DNA of 64,000 nt from Bugula neritina (lineage: Eukaryota > Animalia > Bryozoa), in assembly GCA_964035545.1 (NCBI GenBank), contig OZ037765.1:6210698-6274697 (forward strand). Reading direction: 5' to 3'. Under the pieces are notes generated by a model, which worked only from the letters and a program-made list of their open reading frames with translations, was not told the DNA's origin and did no database searches. Within the stretch, counting starts at the first letter, position 1. Each line of letters opens with the position of its first letter. Made by a program: the position numbers and the translations under genes. Shown here in pieces: positions 1 to 14,980 of this stretch.

Positions 1-65
1 AGAATTTATACGTGATAAGGCAGATAGTCATATTGCAGAACCTAGAGTACTTTAAGTGTTTTGAA

Positions 66-1044
66 TTACAGACTTTCTCCATAAACATGTGGAATATATT
101 TAGGATTCTGTTCTTTTTCATGTAAATGAAGTAAATAACTGCAAGTTAGTTTCATTTTCCCACCTGACAGAACCACGTGATCGAACGCATTATAGGCTAG
201 CACCTTGGCAATCCCTTTACCTCTACAGGACGTTGGAGTAAATGTATGATATAAATCATACACTCCGTCCTTTAAGGTGTACTCTAGCTTGGCTCTAGAA
301 ACAAACATAAACTCTAATTTATGTCAGACAACTCCAATTGACTGGGAATAATAACTCTCAATTATGTAAAATTGTAAACTAATTTTGTTGAAAATTGAAC
401 GAGGATGCTTAAGACTGGAAAAAGCAATTTTTTCTTGTGTTCTGTTTGAACAAGTTTCACATAATGCTTTTATACTTTAACGCAACAAGAACCAAACTTT
501 GTTGGTGCTCCAGTGTTGAGAAAATGAGGAAACAATTCCCAAAATGCATTTTAATTTCTCCAACACTAATAGCTTTTTAGCATTGATTTTGAAAAATTAT
601 TTTCATTATATTATGATAATAATTACATATTGCTTGTATAGGTGAATGAAAAATAATTTGAAAATAATTTTTTACTTTATTGAGTTATTGACTATTACAT
701 TTTGAAATTAGCAAATGGATGGAATCAACTCCCAATTATGTAATTGCCCACTACTAAACTCATAACATATTAAAGTGGCTTAAACTAATAGGCCTACCAT
801 ATGTACATTTCTGCATAAAATATTAGGAAAGCGAATCAACCACTTGTAATAATTGTCCTGTATATTGAATAACTTATATTACTTGCTTTAGCTTAGCTAG
901 TCAATAGTTAGCCAATTACATTAGCTACGGTCAGTAAACTACAATATTTGTTTATTGATGAACCTACCTTTCACCTTCTATGTCTAAATAGAATTGTTGA
1001 CCTTCAGGATCATGTACTACGTTATAACTCCCACTTGCCGACAT
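66..1044 (-). CDS. NATD1: NATD1-like GNAT acetyltransferase-domain protein, 2 coding exons (1044-968, 294-66), 101 aa
   Basis: MSASGSYNVVHDPEGQQFYLDIEGER joins in phase (AG|GTAGG ... TTCTAG|A) to AKLEYTLKDGVYDLYHTFTPTSCRGKGIAKVLAYNAFDHVVLSGGKMKLTCSYL. The DLxHT, RGKGIA and LTCxY motifs are typical of the NATD1/YjdJ family. Confidence 0.88.
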
Positions 1045-4000
1045 ATTACGATTAGAGGTTAGGGTAATACTAGGGTGTATTAGGAGTTGTGGTCTCAATG
1101 TTGATATAAATGCAGATGTCAGCTTTTGTCTAATTTGGTACATCAGCAGGCAGTAAAACAAGCTAAAAGCATACATACATTTATTAATGAGAGACTTCAT
1201 TGACAATGCAGGCTTTGTTGTCACTGAAAAAATTTGCAAAAATTGCAGACAAACACAATTTATAGTTTGAAGCAAAAGTGAATGTTGAATTGTAAAACTT
1301 TTTTGCATTTTATATCTATTTTGTAATAATAAACTTTTCAGATCATTGTGAAAAATCTAAGACTTTTACTTATTATTAAAATTATTTATTCATTTAATAT
1401 ACCATTAATTATAAATATTTTATCTGGAAAAACAGATACACCATTCTCTGCAGGAAATATTTTAGAATATGTAACAACAATATTATTATAATTTTAGTTA
1501 TATGTACATAATTACCACCTAGTTAATGCTATTTGCCTAGTATACTGTAGTTCTATTATAGTTTGTTCAAAGTTGCATGTCAAAATAGATTTTCTATTCC
1601 TCATTAATCTTCAATATGATGCTAGTTCAACTGCACAAGGGGTGTTCAACTTTCACACTCAACACACCAGTATAATGCATAGTATAAGACGTTATACATT
1701 AATTACAAAGCGGCAAATCTATCCTAGTGTGCATATTGCGGTATCAATATAGCTATATAAGTGGAGTTAGGAGAAGTCGTGACAATTATGAACTACATGA
1801 AAGATCAATTACAACATTAGAGCAAATGAACTATCGCAAGAGGTTTATATAAAGTCACAGTATCACAGTATAAATGCCTGTGAAGTGGAAAGAAGCAGCT
1901 GCAGGGGTATCTAAAAGCACTCACAGCAAGTGATATATCAACTACATTCAATGCAATAAGGTCTGACTGGTTATATTATGTGACTTAATAGAAATATAGA
2001 TAACGGCAGCTATGATTAAAAGTTTGACATTATCACTCATACACCAAAAAGATAAGTCACGTGAGGTAAGTTAAGTGTATATCTTAACACTAAAGTAATA
2101 TTACTGCGATAAAAAAATTAGAACTAATCTTTTTAGTTCTTAAACCAAAAGTTTTAGAAAGTGTTAGCTAAAAGGGCAGTTCAACTTGTAGTGTTAAATT
2201 TTAACATAAGTGTATATTTAGCATTTTATTTGCTATAGTAGAAAAATGTTAAACAAAATAAAAAATGTGTAAAACTTTCCAAACCATAAAGTAAACCAAC
2301 AAAACATTTTGAATGAGGTTAAAACTACAAAAATATAAAGCCTAAACACATCTCTTATATTAGAACTGCTTTTAACTGAAGTAGATTCCATAGAAATACC
2401 AAAAGACTTTACCAATAGGGTTAAACTAACTCCATTATTTCAGTTTCCATTCTGAAACGCTTTCATGCAATTTTAAAGAGCTCATCCATCATAAAGATTA
2501 TATAACAATACTATAGCTATGAGTGGCTACGCAAATAAAACTTTTTTTAAAGTAATTGTTGAGAGAATAAATTAAAGTCATCCCAGAATCTCAAACATTC
2601 TTCAAAAAATAGGTTTAGGAAGGAACAAGGAGATATGTAATATAGTGAAGGTAACTCCCAATTGTTATATACCTTGATTTATTGAGCAATTGTTGAAGGG
2701 CGATATTTAAGATATCTGAATAAAATTGTAATTGTAGTCTTTTTAAAAGTCTAAAAATTTCTTAAGACCTCTCACTTGAAACATGGTAGAAGACTTAATT
2801 GGTTTTGAAATCAAAACTAAAACAAAACTACTGCTACTTTAAACATTAACTTTGCTAGTATTTACTAAGAAATAATTAAGATGTAGTTGGGCAATAGCCA
2901 GTTTTTGCAGCTGTTTTCTAACAATCAAAGATATACACATAACTCAATCTGTGTACAGCCACTGTTTTAGGGTTCAACATCAACAAGCATTGATGATATG
3001 CATACATCATTTTATGTTCAAAATGATTATTATGATGACATATTTATTGTGATAACATATAATTACAACATGCTAAATATTATATATAATTCAATTACAT
3101 ATTAATACATAATACAATTTAAATTAAAAGTTAACTTATTACATACAACTAGAGTGGAAAATATATTGACTTTGAAATTCACATACCGCTAAAAAGTCAT
3201 GACTGTTTGTTTAAGTAATCATCAATTATCATACTCCTAGCTGCATGCATGGACATCACCATTAGTTATATTGTGGTGATTATAATTACTACATGCATAA
3301 TTAACAGATCTGACTTGAGTGCTAGAAACTATGTACTCAAGTTGCTTTTTCTAAAGTTATTGACTTGAACTAACTTGAATTGCTCAACTGATTGACTTGA
3401 CAATTTTGATCAACTTGCTGAAAATCTCTAAAATTTTAAAAGCTCAAAGTGCCAAGTTATAAGCAGTTATAGCTAGATCAAGTATTCAGATGAGTGTATT
3501 AAAATTATATCAAAACTTGTTAATAATGTTTGTAATTGACTTCAATTTGTTGTTGTCTAAACCATGATTTCACATGGCTATCTAATCACTTGACTTGGAC
3601 TGACAGCACTAATAATGTTGTTGTAGTCTTATGATAAAGTTAAAATTATAATGATTTCTAATATGAATATTCGACAAAAATTATTCGTAGTCTTGGCTTT
3701 ATAAAAAATTTAAAGAACTAGAATCATAATGACAATTACTAATTAATATTAGCAATAATACATTATATTAATGATTGTGTCTAACATGTTGGCACTCATG
3801 TTAAGAACATGTTGATGTAGCATTAGTGATTAGTATACCTATTGTTCATTGTAATTGGTATTAGAATTATGAATAAGTATTGGTTTGTGTATTAGTTTAA
3901 TTGTTACTTTTTTATTATATATTCTTTCTGTGTTTTACTTCAAAAATAATCAGTTGATAGTCGTTCTTTATCATTGCCACATTACTTATTTAGTTATTAG

Positions 4001-5124
4001 TAAATGTAATACTAATAGTAATAGTTATTAATATAAATATTAGTCAGTTGCTATTACCAATATGAATCGCAATATAGCCATTCACATTAGACTTATACTA
4101 ACTAGTAGTAGGCCTACTACTATTAGTGTTAGTACTACTAAAAGTGCTAGTGGTACTACTACTACTTAGTAGTAGTACTACCAGTAGTAGTAATAGTATA
4201 AGTACTACTTACAGTTACTAGCAAAAAGTCAAAGAGTAAAATAAAAATTCTGATTCCAAAATAAAAAGTATTGATTTATTAAATAATATTTACACGTATT
4301 AGCCAATTATCATAAATACTTATTTATAATATTTTATTGGATTTGATTGAAGCTTAATAGGGATGGACAATTCTAAAGGTAAGGCTCTGAGTCTGTATTA
4401 CTATTACTATTACTATTAGTATTAGTAAATAGTTAAAAAAATCCATTATGGGAAAAGACAGCGGTGTAAATACCTTGACCTTGTAGGCGGAGCAACGACA
4501 ACTTGAACCAATGCTGTTTTTAATAATATACATTGTCCAATAACGATTTACTATGAAATGTAAATAAAAACACGTGTAAACGTATACGTACACCAAGTTG
4601 TCAGTGTCTAGTATTAAACTTATAAATTTTCGGGTGTACATAAAATACACTGCATGCAACATGCTATGTTTAGTGCCATTTTTTAAAATTCATCTTGCCT
4701 CACAAAATTTAATGTGTTGAAAAATTATAGCAATTGGCCAATGTTTTCTACTGGCATTTCTCAAAGTAAGTTGTCATCACAATATAGAATTGTTGGCTAC
4801 TTTGTCATTTGTCACTCAACTCCAATCTTATTATAAATATAGCCAATTAACAGGTAGGATTTTAATTTGTATTTTGTATCTGCGTGTGTAATAGCTTTAT
4901 CCTATACAATTATTCTACTCGCAGGCAACAGTAAGTACCAGCAGTAAATATCTAAAAGACAGTTTTAGTTGCAGGGTTGACTACTTTTTGGGGTGCCTAT
5001 TTTTAGCTCCTTTTTATTGCTTGGAACTATTTTTTACAATTTTGCTAAATAAAAGGCTAAAGGCAAACTAGAACAGATAAATTCTTGGCTCTGCGACTGT
5101 ATACTTAGTTTAGCTTGTGATGAT

Positions 5125-5178
5125 GTGATTACCCAGTAGTCCCCATTACACCACCAGACTACTGGGTAAACTCAACAC
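5125..5178. repeat. small hairpin/MITE-like remnant; related sequence at ~22790-22814
   Basis: TTACCCAGTAGTC ... GACTACTGGGTAA inverted repeat. GTGATTACCCAGTAGTCCCC resembles the reverse complement of GGGGCTACTGGGGAAATCAC in a BOP1 intron. Confidence 0.4.
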
Positions 5179-5354
5179 TACGTAGCTGTATTGTCAATTT
5201 GTGTATTTAGAATTAACCAGAGTCATATTTGCATGATAAATTTAAATAACTAGACATGTTATATATAAATGTTAAAGACTCTCATAAAAAACACTGATTT
5301 GTTATACAACATATTTTGCAGAGAGCAAGATCTCATAGCAAAGATAAAGGGATA

Positions 5355-8300
5355 ATGTCGCTTCGAAGAAAGAAAAAGAATAAACATAACATACCTACAA
5401 ATGACATTGAGACTGATAAAGTTGGCTTAGAAGCAGGGATAACCACAGCATCCAACTCTCTTACTCGACTGCGGATCAGAAATGATAGTCACTCTAGTCA
5501 TTCTGACTGCAGTGGTAGCTCGCCATCAACAAGTCGAAGGAGAAGTCGTAATGTGCATAACGACATTGAAATGTGCATTAAAAATGTCGAAGTTTTGGAT
5601 GATCGCACAACTATTCAAACAGTTGAAGTGTTAAAAAGACCTGGGCAGACACTTGGCATATATATTAGGGAAGGCGATGGCAAATCTGTAAAGCGAGGAG
5701 TTTTTATCTCACGTATAGCAGAAGGAAGCGTAGTTCAACGAAATGGACTGTTGAAAGTTGGAGATGAAATCCAGTCAATAAACTCTGTCAACATAAAAAA
5801 AATTATCGTAGATGAGGTTGTTGTGCTCATGTCTATACCAGAGAGATTGATCTTGAAAATAAAATCTCGCCACCATCCATTTGCTGCACAGCGCTCCATG
5901 TCAAGCAACTCTGACATTGACACTCGTAAACAAGTGTTTGTGCAGAAGCAATATTCTGAAGAATCAGCAGAAAGTTCTCAGCAAAGCAAACTTGCCATAG
6001 ATATAAATACTGAAGATTCAAATGATAGTGGCTTGTCTAGTGAAAACTCGGCCAAGTGTGATAAATATCAAGACTTCCAGTCCCACTACAGCAATCTGCA
6101 GCCGCCAGCTCACTACGGTTACCCACAGCCAAACACTTCAGAGCCATTGTATGCTAGACCCAAACCAGTTAAATCTGAGCTCTATGTATCCGACGGTGAG
6201 CATGAATACAACTGCCAACAAAAAACTTGTATTAACCCGTATGCAAGCACTTACAAACATTCTAAGCAAATGCACAAACGTCAGGCTGAAAACAACTATG
6301 ATGCATATAATTCAGACTCAGAATTGCTGCCAAAATTCTCCCCTGCGGCAGCAAGTGAACAGTTCCAACAGCCAATAAATGTGTACTCGGACAATGACAG
6401 AGGTTCAGTGAAATCAGAAAACTCTTATTCTTCATATGCTAAACCTCCGAGGTTTTCTCTTGAAATGCAAAATTGGCTGAGAAAATACAATGCAAGTTCT
6501 GGAGAATGTCAATCTAAAACTGACCAGCAAGGTAAGTTGAGTACACAATGTGTTCACAATCTGCTATCAGTCATAGGATGTGTTACGGAGAGTCAGTGGT
6601 ACTTTCTAAACCTCAGCTTTACCCTTTTAGCTTAATTGATGCTAGTTAACTATCTACTTCCCATATAAACAGGCAGTATATTGATTTTGCAGCTGCATTT
6701 GTCTTCAAACAGGTATATATAATTAGAATATTTGTGTGCACATGATAGGTGCTATTTGCAGAAAATTGAGAAAATGACATAAGAGTAGAAATAGATTACT
6801 GATCAGCAATATAATCATGTAACTGATTGTATAGAGTGACACGAAGCAAAGTCAGCACAAATAATAAGAATAATTGACTTCCGGCATGTTGATAAATAGA
6901 GGCACAGGTTCATCTAGCATATAGTACATTGCAAACAGGGTTTAGTTCCAGATATTTCTTGCATAACATAGAACTTTTTTTTGCTAATACTTAGTTTCCA
7001 GCATGCATGCTGAACATTGTAGACAATAGCTTCCAACTGTCTCATAGAACTTACAACTTACACAAATAATTTGTTGGAATTTAACTTTTAATAGCAAGAA
7101 AATTCTACATCGCCATGAATACCTACTTTTATTTATCACAATTAATTATGCTTATGCATTTCAGTAACAGTTGAAGTTGTCTGACTTGACTATTATTTTT
7201 TGAATCATTTAAAGGCTTGTTGATTAGCCTGCATGAGGCATACTTAGCAATAGGAGCTGTTGTAAACATTTTTATCTATACTAAATTTACACATTTTAGT
7301 TGGTTGTGTCATAGGAGTCAAGATACCAGAGATTTAGAAATGCTCTATAAACGTATAGACCAGTGATGCCATAATAATGCTCTATAGTAACAAATAAATT
7401 ACTTATTATATCACATTTAATATGACCTAATATTATAGATTTTACATGCATTTATACTATACATATTATGAGAAAATAAAATAGTTCTTGATTTAGATTT
7501 TATTGGTGTTTTAGGCATGCTAAAAATAGTTTAACATTGTCTAAATCACGTCTCAACTCTCAAGTTACTAAGAGAATATAGCTGTTACTAAGTGTTACAT
7601 TACAACACCATGTTTATTACAGCAGTCCCTGACACTATACCTGCGGCCCAAGAGTTAGATGGTTACCGGGATGAATTATGGAGACAAGAAAAGTTAATAA
7701 ATGATGCCATTCACAACATGGAGTCAGCATTAAATGTCGATGCGATGCTACAGCAGTCAACCTACTCTTCTATGCCTAAACCCGAACCATCTTCTCAAAC
7801 TATGAATGCAGACTACAATACTCTTCCTCTACAGAACTCTACCACCACCTTCGCTTACTCTTATCTCCGTGATTTGCCCCTGCTTATTCGTAGTCCTATG
7901 AAGCTGAAAATAGAAGATTTTCAGCTATACAGGCCAGACTATGATAGGATAATTGAAAAGGATGTTTTGGCTAATGGTACAATGAAACTGACAATATATT
8001 GCGGTCATGGACTGAAGTCATCACGGACTAGTCTGCGTGACTTGTACTGTGTAGTTCAGTTAGATAACTACAAAAGAGTCAAAACGATAATTAGAACTGG
8101 TGCTATAAACTTCGATTGGGATGAGTCTTTCGATTTGAACATTCAAGATGGAACTAAGAAGCTGAGCTGCATGATTTACCTCTGGGATCCCATTTTGAGA
8201 CACAGCCTTTGCTTCACCGGAACTATACAACTAGCAAATATTTTTGACAAAGCTTCCAACAAAACGCAAAATCACAAATGTGCATTAAGATTGGAACCAA

Positions 8301-11300
8301 GAGGAATTCTTTATCTAGAAATAACATACCGCCAGGATTCTTCAATGTCTACAACATCTAGCAATGGTGCGATTCATCGTTTTGGCAAACTTCCAAGAGA
8401 AATGCCAACTTTGAGCACTACCCAGACAAGCGTACCATTAATTATACAGAAATGTGTTAGGGAGGTTGAAAACAGAGGCATGCTAGTTGTTGGCATTTAT
8501 CGAATTAACAGTCCGGTGAAGAAAAAACAAGAATTGCATAAACAGCTTCTAAGTCAGCCACAATCAATTGACCTGTCACCTGCAAATGTTCCAGAGATTC
8601 ATGCTGTAACTGGTAAGTCAAAATATATCAACATAGACATGAGATGAAAAGCTAAAAAAATTGTTGGAATAAACTTGTTATTTAAACAGGAATTAATTGA
8701 AATTATGGGTTTAAAAATCTACACTGAATTTTCATATATTCTAAAATGTATTGTCTTGTATATACACAAAACTTTTAATTTACCAATTAATTTAAAAGTT
8801 CTGTATAGATAAGCTCTAACAATGCATAAGTTGAAAATAAACTTAAAAATTCCAAATTATTTTAGATACAGGTTTTACTCAGAACTAATTAACAATTTAA
8901 CTTGATGCAATTAACACACACAATTTGCAACAGTTGGGTGTATACATTCAACGCTTGCAAAAAGTATAAGCATGGGGCTGATTTAATGCACTGTTGCAGC
9001 CAGTTTCTTTTTCCCTTTTATTTCCTGTAGCATAATGTTATTATATACAAAATAATATATTTATCAATATAGGTAATTGCATGTAAATCGGTCTGCCATT
9101 AGATAAGCTATAAATGTTGAGGGCTGTATCAACAAACTTATAATGGTGTTTATATATTATTACACTCTGACAGCGATAGTTATGAAGTGTCTTACATTGA
9201 GATTTCAGACACTATTACATCAATATTTATTTCAACATCAAGCTGTAAACACTCTAATTATAAAAGGTTTTGAAAAAATATAAAGACAATAACGTGAGAT
9301 TTGGACAATACAATATAACATTCACATACAAATACAGTCGCAATTGCAACTTACAGGAAAGAAACAATTGATATATCAAAGTTGGTAACTTATTACGTAT
9401 ACATCTAAATATAAGGAGAAGAGAATAAGTGCTACAAGTATTGTAAGATAATAGGTAGCAAAAACAATCAATAATAGAGTGAAGTTCAGTCGAGATCCAG
9501 TCAGCCGATTTCAGCCCCTGTATAACATTAATTTGACAGGCAATATCGAATTCAGCAAAATAACAATAAAAAAAACCACCTATAACCAGTGAGAAAAAAC
9601 AGCACCCTGCATATTATAGGCATTGTAACAATAACAGCCACATATATAGCAAACCGTAATATAATGCATTATCTATTTGGGAGAGCGTATTTTAATAAAG
9701 TGGAGAAAACAATATAAGGCCTAACACATTATTTTAGTTAACTTTGGCTGTAATGATACCTTCTTAGCATATAGTACAGCACAATAAAATATGTTAAAAG
9801 TTAGGTTCCCTAAAAATAAGCTATATATATTTACTAGTTTATCTTTATTGCACTCAAAGTGTACTACCTATGCTGGACTAAAGCAGTGTATCTAGGTAGG
9901 CCTAGCCTATATCTGCACACATGCTAGCTGTCCCTAGTGTGTTCTAAAACATTTATATAGAAAGGTGAAAATCAATATTATGACTACTTGTTACAGAAGA
10001 GATTTGCACTTAGGTCATTGAGGATGTAGTAATCATATGTAACCAGCTAATGTCACACTCTCTAAACAAGTACAATAGTTTATGCAACTTGTCAATGAAA
10101 GGCTCTAGAGCTACACATGTCTCAGAAGACTTTAGTTGTTACCAATTTTTTGTGAAACATAGATTCGCTGAAATTACTTAATATTTTCTTGATAAGTCCC
10201 ATGTAATAGACAGCAATGTTTAGTTTGTATAATAGGCAGCAATGCTCAGTTTGTATAATAGGCTGCAATGCTTAGTTTAGTTAATGCTACTTACTTTACC
10301 TACTCTCAGAAACTTAACAGCTGATACATTTTAATAATCAATAACTTGAACATTGCTTTACACTTATAAGGACTTGATACTATTCTTCCAACTAATTTTT
10401 TTTATAGATCTAAAAGATAATTTCAGTTGTTTTTATAACTCTAACAAAAATATAGTGTCAAATTCATTCAAGTTGGCAACATACTTATTTTCTAAGAAGT
10501 ATGTTAGTTGGCCATTTTGAATGGCTTACAATACACACTGGGATGATTGGGGATGCAGTATATATTTGTTTTATAATAATACCACAATTCAATTATTAAA
10601 TATCAGCTACACTTCTTTGAGTACATCGTAGATACAACAGTGTCTACTGATCCGCACTAGAATCATTCTATTTTACTTTTTTAATTTGTAGGTTTGCTGA
10701 AAGATTATTTGCGGGAATTGCCAAACTCTCTGCTAACAGAGGAGTCCTATGAGGTGGCAGGGAGGGCTTTAGCTAAAGTAACAAAGCAGGATGCAGATTT
10801 AGACTGTATTGAGATTGTGAATGAGTTTGTGGCAAAACTACACCCCCGGCAACAGGTAGGATTTTATAGAAGGTCTAAACTCTAAACTGTGAACGTAATT
10901 GTAAACTTATGCAAATTTATAGCCACTATTTCTGTGAGGAACCCTGGTGGAAAAGGTTTCTCTTAAACGGGCTAGAGAATTTTTCCTATGTGGCACAGGT
11001 GCAATTATGACTGGAAGCACTTCCTAACATCATCAATGGTGTTATTAAGCCAATGCTCTAACCCCTAGACCAAAGCTGCTCCCTATAGTAATCATTGTAA
11101 ACAACATTAGCATTAGTAAAATACATAAATGCATGTACTGCATCAACTTCAACTTAAATGAGCTGTTAGTTAAGATTTATATTGGTATTCTCCAGTTTAA
11201 AATTTTCAAATATAACCCACAGTCAATTCTTTAATGAGACTATTGGGATTAAGAATCCGGGCAGTAAATGAACAGGATATTGTAGTTAGTATTATTAGTA

Positions 11301-11584
11301 AACGATAAAGAAAATTCTTATAAAACGCTGCTGTTTGTATATTGCAGGGCACAGTAGTATTCTTGCTCAACCATCTAAAGCGAGTTTCTTTGTACCATGA
11401 GGAAAATAAGATGTCTACGACAAACCTAGCTGTTATTTTCGCACCTATATTTGTGCCATCTACTCACCCTGAGCATGGCAAGACAGAGGACGTGAATAGC
11501 ATGAGAGTTCACATCGATATTACTAAATGCATACTGGATATCTGGCCTGAAAACTACAGCACCAACAATAACATTGTTGTTTGA
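5355..11584 (+). CDS. SYDE1: Syd-1/RhoGAP100F/SYDE-family Rho GTPase-activating protein (PDZ-C2-RhoGAP); exons 5355-6531, 7623-8612, 10692-10855, 11348-11584 (a further 5' exon is possible, acceptor at 5321)
   Basis: PDZ (KRPGQTLGIYIREGDG...GVFISRI...GLLKVGDEI), C2 (GHGLKSSRTSLRDLYCVV...IRTGAINFDWDESF) and RhoGAP (VPLIIQKCVREVENRG..VGIYR, LKDYLRELP, NKMSTTNLAVIFAP). All GT-AG junctions are in phase. Confidence 0.9.
10930..11083 (-). mobile_element. degenerate tRNA-derived SINE-like fragment in RhoGAP intron
   Basis: Minus strand starts GGGAGCAGCTTTGGTCTAGGGGTTAGAGCATTGG, resembling a tRNA A-box head. No clear B-box or tail. Confidence 0.3.
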
Positions 11585-12675
11585 AACAATAAAAGTTTTT
11601 CTTTACAGGCCTGTGTAGCTAATATATATATTTAACTTCAACTGGATTGACAGCCATGGTACCCCACAAGACCGTATGAGCTAACACTGAGCTCTAAGCT
11701 TCTGCTTACTTCTCTAGTCAATTATTGCAATCTTTAAATAGAAGAAAATTACAGATTCCTTAGTAATAATAGTTTGTGAGTCGCCAGATATTTTTTATAT
11801 CTTGTTTTTCATTTGAAAGAGATTATATTGGTTTTGTTGCTAGCAGTTTAATAATTACTTACCTACATATTATTCTATACTATACTACTATAATATAAGT
11901 CATAACAATATACATTATGCATAATATAAAGTCAATAACACATTCAAACATGTATCTGCAATGTGTCATATATACATGCAGGTAACTAATCTCATATCTT
12001 TTGAACACTCAGTAAAATTTGTTTCTGTAATAACACACACAGGTTCACTGTACAGGTTAGTAAATTGATAACAATTAAACTATAGAATGCATCCTATTAT
12101 AAAAATATTAGGTTATAGTTGAAAGTTTAGTTTTAATGACCAAACAAAGTTTATCACACACAATTATTTTGTAATTAAATGTTTTTCCTAGTTTTATTGA
12201 TAAACTGTATATTTTTGTTATGTAATTGTCATATTTAAATATTTAAAAGTATTGTTTTCCTTGAAGCAATTTTTTTAGCCTTTTACAAAAGCTACATATA
12301 TTTGTTATTGTTGTTGCAACCTTTTATTATATTTTTGTATATATTATGCCAATGCTTTGCTCTAAAAATATAGCTGTCCTTTACAGGAAATAAGTTTAGA
12401 AAATGTTTTTTTGTCATCATAGTACGTACTATATGCTACCGATGTATAATAAAAGTTATAAATAATAGGAAGAAATAAAAAACATTAGAACAAATTATGT
12501 GCCAACTCAAAAAAATGTTATATGAATACATATTTACTTGCATACATTTAGAAGCATACATTTCAGATGTATAATTTGAAAAAAAGAATAAAATCAGATT
12601 AAAAAATAATAGGTTGATTGACAGATGCAGTTTTACAAAACTACCTACCTAACACACACATTGGCGGCTACTATT

Positions 12676-13545
12676 AAATAGCTATAATTCACATTTATAA
12701 AAACTCTTTATATAACACATATTATCTGATAACAAAGAGAAATAAATTACATGTTATAATAGTATTGTTATTAATAGAAGAGCATTAATAAAATGCAACC
12801 AATTTAGTAAAAACTAAAAGTACTAACTTTTTTTGGCCATAATTTTTTCACATGTTGAAAATATTTGTTATTATAATGCTAGTGTCATGGCTAAAAGTTA
12901 TGGCAATTATGCCATAAGGCTTTTCCACTTCTAGCTTGATATATATAACTCAAGCAAAAGAAAGTGTGGTGTATATTCTTCATAATAATATATTTCAAAA
13001 CTTGATCACATTTTTGTTATCAATGGAATATTATACTACCATTATTTTCAATGTTATCATTATAACAATGTTATAGTGGTAAAAATAGGTTCTCTATTTT
13101 CTCCAAATAGCAATAATTCACATTTATAAAAACTCTTTATATAACACATATTATCTGATAACAAAGAGAAATAAATTACAGATTATAATAATATATTGTT
13201 ATTAATAGATGAACATTAATAAAATGCAACCAATTTAGTAAAAACTAAAAGTACTTTTTTGGCCATAATTTTTTCACATGTTGAAAATATATGTTATTAT
13301 AATGCTAGTGGCATGGCTAAAAGTTATGGCAATTATGCCATAGCGTTTTTCCACTTCCTTGATATATATAACTCAAGCAAAAGAAAGTGAAGATGGATTA
13401 TATGGTGTGGTGTATATTCTTCATAATAATATATTTCAAAACTTGATCACATTTTTGTTATCAATGGAATTATATACTACCATTATTTTCAATGTTATCA
13501 TTATAGCAATGTTATAGTGGTAAAAATAGGTTCTCTATTTTCTCC
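12676..13545. repeat. direct tandem duplication, 429-bp period (12676-13104; 13105-13545)
   Basis: Both copies start AAATAGC(T/A)ATAATTCACATTTATAAAAACTC and end GGTTCTCTATTTTCTCC. They differ by few substitutions and indels (copy 2 carries an extra AAGATGGATTATATGGT-like segment). Confidence 0.92.
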
Positions 13546-13979
13546 ATGGAGTAAAAATTGAGTTTTAGCCCTAATGAACAATAAACCTCACATTACAAAC
13601 TAAATTTCTAAACAATCGTGTTTGAATGTAGTTGGATAGAGTTTTCTTTCCTCAACTATGTTGCTATTAACTCCTTGTAGAGATATTATCGTATATTAGT
13701 TTTGACGTAGACCTAATAAAGGGAAAATAACTCTGTGTAAAAATTTGTGAAAGTTTGAGTAAATTCGATTGTAGCTGATCACACTTCAATTCATAATGCT
13801 AAGATGACGTTGAGTCATGCTCATTTGATGAACAATCTTTCATTAACATTTTGACCTTTTGTTGTTAATTATTGTTTTTGGTGAGTTTATAATATTGGAT
13901 ATAAGATCAAAATATTTTTCAAGCTATAACCAACTACTATTAACTGTCTATTACTATCAGCAGCGACACATAATCATAA

Positions 13980-14980
13980 TGAAAACTTTTTTCATATTAT
14001 AATTAATATTATTATTTATTTATTATTAATTATATTATTATTAATAATATTTATAATTATTAGCATATTACTATTAGTATTACTATTGTCTATTACTATT
14101 ACTATTACTATTAGTATTACTATTGTCTATTACTATTACTATTAGTATTACTATAACTATAAGTATTACTTATAGTTATACTATTACTGTATTACTATTA
14201 GTATTAATATTACCATTACTGATTACTATTAGTCATTATGATTAATACATTATGATTATCATTATGATTATTATTATGATTAGCTAGTTACTAGTAACTG
14301 TAAGAGATTAAGTTAATGTTATTCACTTATAGTTTGTCTTACTGTTACTGTTAGTAATAGTTACTTATAGTTATACTTATAGTAATGCTAATACTCAATT
14401 ACAATAGTTAACTAACTATTAGTTATATTAGTATTACTATTACTATTAGATGTAGTATTATTATTAATAGTTAATAATATTAATTGTTATTAATATTTCT
14501 ACTTATAGTTGTATTTAGTGTTACTAACTCTTATTACTATTACTATTAGTATTATTAATGATATCACGTTTTTGATTTACTAATAGTAATACTAATACTA
14601 ACAGTAACACTATTACTTTACTATGATTCTGATTGTGACCATGGGTCACCGTCATTGGTATGAACATGATTGTAAAACTAAAAGTAAGTGTATTAGTAAT
14701 ACGAGGTGAGTTACGAGGTGAGTTAATACTATTAGATCTAGACTGAGTGTAAGACTGAGCTATTAAGTATTAGTATTACCATTGGCATTAGTAATACTAA
14801 TAGTAATAGTAATACTATTAGTATTACTATGATTATTATTTTATTACTATTATATTTACTTATTACTTATTAGTTATTATTTATTACTTATTTATAGTTA
14901 TTAGTCATTACTATTAGTATGAGTATAACATCTGAATTAATATTATGATGATGATAATGATTATCATCACCATTATTAGG
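13980..14980. repeat. cryptically simple (TTA/CTA/TAG/TGA)n low-complexity tract
   Basis: Long degenerate runs of TATTAC/TATTAG/GATTAT hexamers. Confidence 0.8.

Noticed and set aside
4741-4936. Candidate upstream coding micro-exons of the RhoGAP gene (ATG at 4741; 6-nt GCAACA at 4925)
   Set aside because: Phase does not match the 5322 acceptor; cannot be supported without cDNA.
8971-9519. Possible hAT MITE (CATGGGGCTGA ... TCAGCCCCTG)
   Set aside because: TIR match is short and there is no TSD.
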